Assembly (NCBI GenBank): GCA_023434205.1
Contig: JAEYTB010000176.1
Span: 1-52,913, forward strand
Length of the DNA: 52,913 nucleotides
From: Planctomycetota bacterium
GTDB lineage: Bacteria > Planctomycetota > Phycisphaerae > Phycisphaerales > UBA1924
Reading direction: 5' to 3'
The stretch's first letter is position 1. The number at the start of each line of letters is the position of its first letter. Shown in pieces: positions 19,369 through 29,618 of the stretch. The notes beneath the pieces were generated by a model. The model did not search any database, was not told the origin of the DNA, and worked only from the letters and a program-made list of their open reading frames with translations. The translations under genes and the position numbers were made by a program.

Positions 19369-20330
19369 GGACGCTCCGGTTGTGTCCCGCCCAGGTGCTT
19401 CACGAGGGAGGCCAGGTTCTGGTCCATCAGCTTGAACCAGTCGCCGTCGCCGATGGGGTCCAGCGTTCCAAGCGACACGCCGGCGAGCTCCGCGATGCGT
19501 TCGGCGGCACGGGCATCGTACTGCGGCTCGACGAAGATCACGCGCACGTTCTGGGCGCGGATGGCGTCGGCGACCTTGGCGAGGTCGCCCGGTGTGGGCT
19601 CGCTGTCGAAGGCCCGGATGACCTCGGCCACCTTGAACCCGTACCGCTCCGCCGGGCGGGAGAACGCGTTGTGGTGGGTGACGACCGCCTGGTCGCGGAA
19701 GGGCTTGAGCGATTCGCCCCAGGATTCGTCCACGCGCCGGATGCGGCGCCGGAGCTCCATCGCGGCGACGTCGAGCACCTTGAGCACATCCTCCGGCTTC
19801 TTGCCGCGGGCCTCCTCGGCCTTGAGCACCGCGTGCGCCAGGGCGGGCACCAGCGCGTCCACCAGCACCGGGTTGAGCCACAGGTGCGGGTCCGCGGCGT
19901 GGTCGTGGTGGGCGTGGTCATGATCATGGTCGTGGGCGTGGTCATGGTCGTGATGATGGTCGTGCCCGTCCTCCTTGATCCCGACGGCGTCGGCGAAGCA
20001 CACGACCTGCCGCAGCGGGACATTCTGCTTCTCGAGCACGGCGGCGAGGTTGCCCTCAAGCCCGAGCCCGACGTGAACGACGATGTCGGCGGCGGCGAGC
20101 TCGGCGATGTCCGAGGGCGTGAACTCGTACCCGTGCTCGCTGCGGCCGGGCTGCATCAGCACCCGCACCGAGCTGCCCTCGGGCAGCAGCGGCTCCAGGA
20201 CTCCCTTGAGCGGCGCGACGGTCACGACCGCCTTGATGGGCGTGCCCGCCTTGGGTGCGGTCTCGCGGCATCCGCCCACCGCCGCGGCCAGCACCGCCAA
20301 CACCATCACGAAAATGCCCCAACGCGTCAT
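19365..20330 (-). CDS. znuA: Periplasmic zinc-binding lipoprotein with a His/Asp-rich loop
   Basis: Lipobox AVGGC, ZnuA/TroA-type fold motifs and the loop DGHDHHHDHDHAHDHDHDHAHHDHAADPHLW. The loop favours zinc specificity over manganese. Confidence 0.85.
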   Translation of the reverse strand: MTRWGIFVMVLAVLAAAVGGCRETAPKAGTPIKAVVTVAPLKGVLEPLLPEGSSVRVLMQPGRSEHGYEFTPSDIAELAAADIVVHVGLGLEGNLAAVLEKQNVPLRQVVCFADAVGIKEDGHDHHHDHDHAHDHDHDHAHHDHAADPHLWLNPVLVDALVPALAHAVLKAEEARGKKPEDVLKVLDVAAMELRRRIRRVDESWGESLKPFRDQAVVTHHNAFSRPAERYGFKVAEVIRAFDSEPTPGDLAKVADAIRAQNVRVIFVEPQYDARAAERIAELAGVSLGTLDPIGDGDWFKLMDQNLASLVKHLGGTQPERP

Positions 20331-20348
20331 GATTCAAGCCCTCAGAAG

Positions 20349-20378
20349 CTTGTTGAGAATGCAGACTCAATAAGTATA
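20349..20378 (-). promoter_or_regulatory. AT-rich inverted repeat plus TATACT element upstream of znuA (candidate promoter / Zur-type operator)
   Basis: CTTgTTGAG-N8-CTCAAtAAG dyad at 20349-20374. It overlaps TATACT on the minus strand (20378-20373). This is an AT-rich island in a GC-rich genome, 19-48 nt upstream of the znuA ATG. Confidence 0.35.
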
Positions 20379-20478
20379 CCGCCCCGCGGCGTCCCGGGAG
20401 CGGCGCGGCGGCGGGCCTGAAAGTCGCGCGCGGCGGAGCCGACAACCGAGGACAGCGCGGGTACAATCGCCTCCACCC

Positions 20479-20551
20479 GGGGCGGTAGCTCAGTTGGTAG
20501 AGCGCATCGTTCGCAATGATGAGGTCGGGAGTTCGACTCTCCTCCGCTCCA
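20479..20551 (+). tRNA. tRNA-Ala (anticodon CGC)
   Basis: I folded the cloverleaf by hand. The acceptor GGGGCGG/CCGCTCC carries the G3:U70 Ala identity pair. The D-arm is GCTC-AGTTGGTA-GAGC, the anticodon loop TTCGCAA and the T-loop TTCGACT. Discriminator is A and CCA is not encoded. Confidence 0.95.
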
Positions 20552-20585
20552 CTTCCCGGCACGCGGCACTCAGCGCGTCGTAACA

Positions 20586-20612
20586 GCGGCCGTGCTCACC
20601 AGGCACGGCCGC
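20586..20612. terminator. Perfect 10-bp hairpin between tRNA-Ala and the convergent gene
   Basis: GCGGCCGTGC-TCACCAG-GCACGGCCGC. Neither side has a clear U-tract, so a terminator role is uncertain. Confidence 0.35.
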
Positions 20613-20641
20613 GGCCAACCCCGTCAGTTACACCAGGTGGT

Positions 20642-21214
20642 TCACCGGCGCGACCGGCTGCTTGAGGAACGTCCGCGGGACGCGGGTTTCGCGCCCACGC
20701 TGCCGCGCCTGATCATCGCCTTGCGGCTCGCGCCCCGCGAGCGTTGGGAGGACCCCGAACGGGGCGAGGTGCGCGACGCGGATGACCGGGACGTCCGCCC
20801 GCTCTCCTCGCTGCGGCCGCGGGTGCTGGCGGTGCGGCGCTGCCCCTGGCGCGAGGAGCCGCGGCCGGAGCCGCGGCTGTCCGAACCCTTGCGCTTGCCG
20901 GCGCGGGCCGCCTCCGCGGCGTCGACAAACTTCGAGAAGCGGCTGATCTCTCCGTCGGCGGTGACGTCCTGGTGCAGGAAGGACAGGTTCTCCTCATCGA
21001 ACTTCTCGAAGAACTCGTCCCATGACAGGTGCTGCATCCGGGTGTCGTCACCCTGGCCGGGGAAGTCGATCCTGAGCACGCCCGCGCCCGAGCGCGCGGT
21101 GCCCTTCACGGTCGCCGGGGATCCGCCGCGTTCTTCGACCCATCGGATGATTTCATCGTGGTCGCGCGTGATGCTTGCGGAGCGCGGGGGCGTAGAGCGG
21201 GAGTTTCTGGGCAT
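20642..21214 (-). CDS. Hypothetical protein: about 95-aa globular N-domain plus an Arg/Ser-rich disordered tail
   Basis: ATG at 21214 lies 7 nt after GGAGGT. The N-domain is ITRDHDEIIRWVEERGGSPATVKGT...LRIDFPG...LSWDEFFEKFDEENLSFLHQ and the tail is rich in SRGS/RSS repeats. Confidence 0.6.
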   Translation of the reverse strand: MPRNSRSTPPRSASITRDHDEIIRWVEERGGSPATVKGTARSGAGVLRIDFPGQGDDTRMQHLSWDEFFEKFDEENLSFLHQDVTADGEISRFSKFVDAAEAARAGKRKGSDSRGSGRGSSRQGQRRTASTRGRSEESGRTSRSSASRTSPRSGSSQRSRGASRKAMIRRGSVGAKPASRGRSSSSRSRR

Positions 21215-21296
21215 GGGGGCACCTCCGGTTTCCTCCGAGGGTGGCGGGAGGGCGTGAACCCGGCGTGGCGCTCCCGCTGAATGTTCCCCAACCGGC

Positions 21297-24410
<3,114 letters not shown>

Positions 24411-24616
24411 GGTCGGGCTGGGCGCGATCTCCACGCGAGGCTCCACGAGCCGGTCGGCCTTGCCGTTGACTTTGCTTTCACGCCGCCCGCTCACCGCCGA
24501 ACTTCCCTGTGGGGCCAAGTGACATCCTCCGTGCCCGCGATGGTAGCTGGGGCTCGTTTGCTTCGCGTTCGCGCCCTGCCCGGATGTGAAGGGGCGTGTT
24601 TACCCGCTCGTGAACC

Positions 24617-24841
24617 TCAGGGCTCCGGCTTGGATGGAGCCGGTGCGGGCTGTGGAGTTGGAGCCGGCGGGGGGGAGGTCTGCTGCTGGCGGGTCCGCCG
24701 GGCCTCTCGGTCCGCGGCCTCCCGCTTCTTGGCGGCCTGGAAGAACCCCAGCATGACAAAGCCGATGGCCAGCCCCACGGCGTAGAACCCCAGCCGGCCC
24801 AGCAGCCCCTTCTTCCACTCTCCATTGCCCGGCGTCTGCAT
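24617..24841 (-). CDS. Small single-pass membrane protein (74 aa) with a Pro-rich tail
   Basis: The internal ATG gives MQTPGNGEWKKGLLGRLGFYAVGLAIGFVMLGFF. The gene is co-directional and lies between uvrB and uvrA. Confidence 0.45.
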   Translation of the reverse strand: MQTPGNGEWKKGLLGRLGFYAVGLAIGFVMLGFFQAAKKREAADREARRTRQQQTSPPPAPTPQPAPAPSKPEP

Positions 24842-24849
24842 GGCCGATC

Positions 24850-25128
24850 CTAGCCCCTGCGCCCCTCGCCCTGGTCCTTCCCGCACTCGGGGCACTTGAC
24901 GCCCCGGAGCGAGTAGCCGCACTCGCAGGCACCGCCCTTGCCGCCCCAGATGAACGCCACCGACTCGAGGACGACCCAGGCGGCGAGGCAGGCGACCGCG
25001 AGCGTGACGCCGGCGTTGATGTCGCGGTCACCATAGTTGATGTAGAAGGTCAAGTTCAGCCGCAGGAACACAAAGGCGTAAAACAGCGCGACGCCCGCGG
25101 CGATCAGCAGCCAGTGCCTGTGCTTCAT
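24850..25128 (-). CDS. Small two-TM protein with a C-terminal CxC...CxxC zinc-ribbon-like motif (92 aa)
   Basis: Two hydrophobic helices are followed by GGACECGYSLRGVKCPECG. The gene starts 10 nt after the uvrB stop. Confidence 0.55.
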   Translation of the reverse strand: MKHRHWLLIAAGVALFYAFVFLRLNLTFYINYGDRDINAGVTLAVACLAAWVVLESVAFIWGGKGGACECGYSLRGVKCPECGKDQGEGRRG

Positions 25129-25138
25129 GGCGGCCAGC

Positions 25139-27361
25139 TTACCTTCCCTTGCGTTTCTTGCCGGCCCGGGAGCCGGGCATGCCGGCCTTGGCGTCGGGCC
25201 GCCGCTTGCCGCGGTGGCCGGAGCCCTCGACCTCGGACCGGCGGACCTTGGTGCTTCCGCCGGACTTGTGGGCTTCCTCGCGCCGGCGGCGGAGCTTGAG
25301 GACCTGGTCGCGGATCATGGCGGCGCGCTCGAACTGCATTTCCTCCGCCGCGGCGAGCATCTCGCCCTCCATGTCCCTGATGAGCTCGTCGATCTCGAAC
25401 TCGGGCTCGTTGGTGGTGACGGCATCGCGGGCGGTCTTGCGGGCCTTGAGCTCGCTCTCGAGCCCGCGGCGGACGGCCTTCTTGATCGTGGTGGGCGTGA
25501 TGCCGTGCTCGGCGTTGTAGGCGAGCTGCTTGGCGCGGCGACGCTCGGTCTCGTCGAGGGCGTTCTGCATCGCGGGGGTCATGGTGTCGGCGTACATGAT
25601 GACGCGGCCGTTGACGTTGCGGGCGGCGCGGCCCATGAGCTGGATCAGGCTCGTGGGCGAGCGGAGGAAGCCTTCCTTGTCGGCGTCGAGGATTGCCACC
25701 AGCGAGACCTCGGGCAGGTCGAGACCCTCGCGGAGCAGGTTGACGCCGACGAGCACATCGAAGTTGCCCAGGCGCAGGTCGGCGAGGATCTCCATGCGGT
25801 CGAGCGTCTCGATGTCGCTGTGCAGGTAGCGGACGCGCAGGCCTTTCTCGGCCATGAAGCTGGCGAGGTCCTCGCAGAGCCGCTTGGTCAGGGCCGTGAC
25901 GAGCACACGCTCGCCGGAAGCGACTCGCTCCTGGCAGCGTTCGAGGAGGTCGGGGACCTGGCCCTTGGTCGGCTTGATCTCGACCACGGGGTCGAGGAGG
26001 CCGGTGGGGCGGATGACCTGCTCGGCGACCTCGCCGCCGGTCCGCTCGAGCTCGTACTTGCTGGGCGTCGCGGACACGAACACGATCTGGGGGACGATGG
26101 ACTCGAACTCCTCGAAGCGCAGGGGCCGGTTGTCCAGGGCGCTGGGGAGGCGGAAGCCGTGCTCCACCAGCACCGTCTTGCGGGCACGGTCGCCGTTGAA
26201 CATCGCTCGGACCTGGGGCACGGTGACGTGGGACTCGTCGATGATGAGGAGCCAGTCGCGGAAGTTGCGGCGGGAACTGGTGCCCGGGGGGCGGGGTTTC
26301 AGACCGCTGTCGGAAGAGAAGTCATTGGCGGCGGGCTGAAAGCCCGCCCCCCCGGTTCCCGGAGGTGCATAGTCGAAGTAGTCCATCAGGCAGAAGGGCC
26401 GCTCGCCGGGAGCGCGGCCGTCCATGAAGCGTGAGTAGTTCTCGATGCCCGGGCAGGTGCCGGTCTCCTCCAGCATTTCCAGGTCGAACTTCGTCCGCGA
26501 GAGCAGCCGCTGGGCCTCGAGCAGCTTGCCCTGGCTGCGCAGCTCCAGCACGCGGGCGTCGAGCTCGGCGCGGATTGCGTTCAGCGCGCCCTGGAGCTGG
26601 TTCTCCGGCATCACGTAGTGCACGGCCGGGAACAGGTGGAACGTCCGCTCCTCGGCGAGGATCTCGCCGCTGGTGGGGTTGATCAGCTCGAGCCGGTCGA
26701 CCTCATCCCCGAAGAGCTCGATGTGCACCGCGTACTTCTCGTACGCGGGCCAGATGTCGAGCGCATCGCCGCGCACGCGGAACTGCCCGCGCTTCCACTC
26801 CAGCTCGCTCCGCTGGTACTGCATCGCGGAGAGCGCGAGCAGGAAGTTGCGCCGTTCAACCTTCATGCCGCGGGTGATCGTCAGAACCTTTTCGCCGTAC
26901 GCCTCGGGGCTGCCCAGGCCGAAGATGCACGAGACGCTCGCGACCACCACGGTGTCGCGCCGGGAGAGGATGTTGCTGGTCGCCGCGAGGCGGAGCTGGT
27001 CGAGGTCGTCGTTGCGCGAGGAGTCCTTCTCGATGTAGATGTCGCGCTGGGGGATGTACGCCTCGGGCTGGTAGTAGTCGTAGTAGCTGACGAAGTAGTT
27101 GACGCTGTTCTCGGGCAGGAACTCCCTGAGCTCCTCGAAGAGCTGGGCCGCGAGCGTCTTGTTGTGGCTGATGATGAGCGTGGGCTTGCCGACCTTCGCG
27201 ATGACGTTGGCCATCGTGAAGGTCTTGCCGGTGCCGGTGGCGCCAAGGAGCACCGCCGCGGGCTTTCCCGCGAGGATGTCGCCGGAGAGCTTCTCGATCG
27301 CCGCGGGCTGGTCGCCGGTGGGGGCGAAGGGGCTGACAACTTTGAAGGGCCTGGAGGTCAC
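25139..27361 (-). CDS. uvrB: Excinuclease ABC subunit B
   Basis: GTG start, then FKVVSPFAPTGDQPAAIEKL, GATGTGKTFTMA, DESHVT and the helicase C-terminal motifs. A UVR domain (EEMQFERAAMIRDQVLKL) and a basic tail follow. Confidence 0.95.
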   Translation of the reverse strand: MTSRPFKVVSPFAPTGDQPAAIEKLSGDILAGKPAAVLLGATGTGKTFTMANVIAKVGKPTLIISHNKTLAAQLFEELREFLPENSVNYFVSYYDYYQPEAYIPQRDIYIEKDSSRNDDLDQLRLAATSNILSRRDTVVVASVSCIFGLGSPEAYGEKVLTITRGMKVERRNFLLALSAMQYQRSELEWKRGQFRVRGDALDIWPAYEKYAVHIELFGDEVDRLELINPTSGEILAEERTFHLFPAVHYVMPENQLQGALNAIRAELDARVLELRSQGKLLEAQRLLSRTKFDLEMLEETGTCPGIENYSRFMDGRAPGERPFCLMDYFDYAPPGTGGAGFQPAANDFSSDSGLKPRPPGTSSRRNFRDWLLIIDESHVTVPQVRAMFNGDRARKTVLVEHGFRLPSALDNRPLRFEEFESIVPQIVFVSATPSKYELERTGGEVAEQVIRPTGLLDPVVEIKPTKGQVPDLLERCQERVASGERVLVTALTKRLCEDLASFMAEKGLRVRYLHSDIETLDRMEILADLRLGNFDVLVGVNLLREGLDLPEVSLVAILDADKEGFLRSPTSLIQLMGRAARNVNGRVIMYADTMTPAMQNALDETERRRAKQLAYNAEHGITPTTIKKAVRRGLESELKARKTARDAVTTNEPEFEIDELIRDMEGEMLAAAEEMQFERAAMIRDQVLKLRRRREEAHKSGGSTKVRRSEVEGSGHRGKRRPDAKAGMPGSRAGKKRKGR

Positions 27362-27421
27362 GCCCGAACTCTACACGTTTGGACTCGGTTTGGGGGACAA
27401 TCTTGTGCGCAAAAGCGCGCT

Positions 27422-28216
27422 TCAGCCCGCCCGCCGCACCGCCGCCAGCCCTTCCGCGGCGGCCGACGCCTGTCCCCGGACCGACCGCAGGTCCACCGGG
27501 CAGAAGCCCGTAAAGCCTTTGGCGCTCAGGGCCGCCCCGTAGGCGACCAGGTCGAGCTTGCCGCGTCCCAGCGCGACCCGCACGCCGCCGGAGAAGTCCG
27601 ACAGACGGGCCGCGGCGGGGAACGCCGGCAGCCTGGCCACGACCAGCGCCGGATCGCCGGAACCGGCGAGCACAGCCGCAGGATCGACGCCGCGGCCGAC
27701 CCCCTGCCACTCACCGCTGCCGTGGTCGGCCAGCACCGCCCCCAGGCGATCGGCTTCGCGAGCGAGGGTCGCCACGAGCGTTGCGGGCGTCTTTTCGGGC
27801 AGCAGCACGCTGACGACCGGCGCCCCTTCAGTGAGCCGGGCCAGATCGGCGCTCAGGTCTAGGGCCCCCACCACCGCCGCGGCGGCGCGGTCCTGGTGCG
27901 CGGCGTCCACAAAGTGCGACTCGGGGATCCACAGGTCCAGCCCCGACAGGCCGAGCTCGAGCCGGCGCAGGAGGGCCGCCACATCGCGCCGGCCGGAGCG
28001 GTCGAGTTCGCGGGCTCGAAGGCCGGGCATGGTGGCGTCGAGCTGCACCGCGCGGTAGCCCAGGCCCGCGGCCCAGGCGATCAGCGCGCGCGGGCCGCCA
28101 CCACCGGCCTCGGCCACCGGCTCGATGATCCCCGCGATCGACAGGCTGGCGCGCAGCAGTTCCACAGGCCCATGTTGTAGCACACCCGGGGCGGCACCCG
28201 GGGCCGACCCTACCAT
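27422..28216 (-). CDS. Xylose isomerase-like TIM-barrel (sugar phosphate isomerase/epimerase family) protein
   Basis: This is a weak family-level resemblance only (LGYRAVQLD..., alternating beta/alpha pattern). The start is uncertain because it lies only 5 nt from the divergent start at 28222. Confidence 0.45.
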   Translation of the reverse strand: MVGSAPGAAPGVLQHGPVELLRASLSIAGIIEPVAEAGGGGPRALIAWAAGLGYRAVQLDATMPGLRARELDRSGRRDVAALLRRLELGLSGLDLWIPESHFVDAAHQDRAAAAVVGALDLSADLARLTEGAPVVSVLLPEKTPATLVATLAREADRLGAVLADHGSGEWQGVGRGVDPAAVLAGSGDPALVVARLPAFPAAARLSDFSGGVRVALGRGKLDLVAYGAALSAKGFTGFCPVDLRSVRGQASAAAEGLAAVRRAG

Positions 28217-28221
28217 CGCTC

Positions 28222-28917
28222 ATGGCCCCCCGCCGCGCGTTCCTGGAGACCGCCTACACCGCCGCGCTGGCGGTGTGGCTGGGCGTGATCGTGATGACCG
28301 CGGTTTCCGCGGCGCGCACCTTCCCGATTCTCAAGGACCTCGCCCCGACGCTGGGCAAGTACCCCGGCTATACCGGCGACCACTGGCGGATCGCCGCGGG
28401 GAAAGTCGTGAACACGACGTTCTGGTGGTCGGATGTGGCGCAGGTGCTGTGCTTCATCGTGTCGGTGCTGGTGCTGGTGGTGCTGACGATGGGGAAGCAG
28501 CTCACGTTCTTCGCGGCGGCGGCGCGGTGGACGGCGGCGGCGCTGCTCCTCTGCCTGCTCGTGTACCACCTGCTGTTCCTGGGGCCGCGGATGAGCGCGA
28601 ACCTTGGGCAGTACTGGGAAGCCGCCGCGGCGGGGGACAACACCCGCGCGGAAGTCTTCCAGTCGGCGTTCAACGCCGACCACCCCAAGGCCCGCAGCGC
28701 GCTGACTTTGATCGCGCTCTCGCTGGTGGCGGCGCTGGTCGTCAACGCGTGGTCGCTCACGCGTGAGAAGAAGACTGTTACCCTCCCCCCGCCCCCCACC
28801 CCGCCGCAGCCCGGCTCAAGCCATGGCCAAGAAACCGCGACCACAAGCAGCCCGGACGAGCCGACGCCGATCCCGCTCAGCGACGCCGGACACCGGGACG
28901 AGCCCCGCGTCCCCTGA
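28222..28917 (+). CDS. Four-TM membrane protein with a Pro/Thr-rich tail, unknown function
   Basis: Four clear hydrophobic helices and coding-like GC3. The 3-prime end overlaps the nth start by 95 nt. Confidence 0.5.
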   Translation: MAPRRAFLETAYTAALAVWLGVIVMTAVSAARTFPILKDLAPTLGKYPGYTGDHWRIAAGKVVNTTFWWSDVAQVLCFIVSVLVLVVLTMGKQLTFFAAAARWTAAALLLCLLVYHLLFLGPRMSANLGQYWEAAAAGDNTRAEVFQSAFNADHPKARSALTLIALSLVAALVVNAWSLTREKKTVTLPPPPTPPQPGSSHGQETATTSSPDEPTPIPLSDAGHRDEPRVP

Positions 28918-29611
28918 CGCCCCGTTCGTGCCGCCGTTCGAGTTGCCCCGCGTCACGCCGGCGCAGAAGCGCCGCGCTGCGGCGCTCGCCGCGGAGTTAG
29001 CGGAGCACTACCCCACCGCCCACTGCGCCCTCAACTACACCAAGCCGCACGAGCTGCTGATCGCGACGATTCTCTCCGCGCAGAGCACGGACGTGGGCGT
29101 GAACAAGGCGACGCCCGCGCTGTTCGCGCGGTTCCGCACGCCCGCGGACTACGCCGCGAGCACGCCCGCCGAGATTGAGCCCTACATCCGCTCGACTGGC
29201 TTTTTCCGGAACAAGGCGCGGGCGGTGCACGAGTCCATGACGGCGGTGGTCGAGCGGTTCGGGGGCGAGGTGCCGCGCACGATGGAGGAACTGCTCACGC
29301 TGCGGGGCGTGGCCCGCAAGACGGCGAACGTGGTGCTGGGCAACGCGTTCGGCATCAACGCGGGGTTCGTGGTGGACACGCACATCGAGCGGCTGAGCCA
29401 CCGCTTCGACCTTGTGCCGCCGGGCAGCACGGTGCAGGCGGTTGAGCGCTACCTGATGGCCCTGTTCCCGCGGGAGCAATGGTGCACCCTCTCGCACCAG
29501 TTCATCTGGCACGGGCGGGCGGCGTGCACGGCGCGGCGGCCGGGGGGAAGGTGCTGCCGCGAGCACCCGATCTGCGACCGGTTCGGGGTGGGGTGCGAGC
29601 ACGAGCGGTAG
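28823..29611 (+). CDS. nth: Endonuclease III
   Basis: ELLIATILSAQSTDVGVNKATPALF, an HhH-GPD motif (LRGVARKTANVVLGNAFG, VDTHIERL) and a C-terminal 4-Cys cluster. Confidence 0.9.
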   Translation: MAKKPRPQAARTSRRRSRSATPDTGTSPASPDAPFVPPFELPRVTPAQKRRAAALAAELAEHYPTAHCALNYTKPHELLIATILSAQSTDVGVNKATPALFARFRTPADYAASTPAEIEPYIRSTGFFRNKARAVHESMTAVVERFGGEVPRTMEELLTLRGVARKTANVVLGNAFGINAGFVVDTHIERLSHRFDLVPPGSTVQAVERYLMALFPREQWCTLSHQFIWHGRAACTARRPGGRCCREHPICDRFGVGCEHER

Positions 29612-29618
29612 GGAACGC

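Noticed and set aside
19897-19975. Short-period CAC/GAC/CAT repeat DNA
   Set aside because: It encodes the His/Asp-rich metal-binding loop of ZnuA and lies in frame. It is not a CRISPR or an independent microsatellite feature.
20342-20569. ORFs (75 aa and 168 aa, minus strand) overlapping tRNA-Ala
   Set aside because: They overlap a well-folded tRNA gene and its upstream promoter region, and I see no protein motifs.
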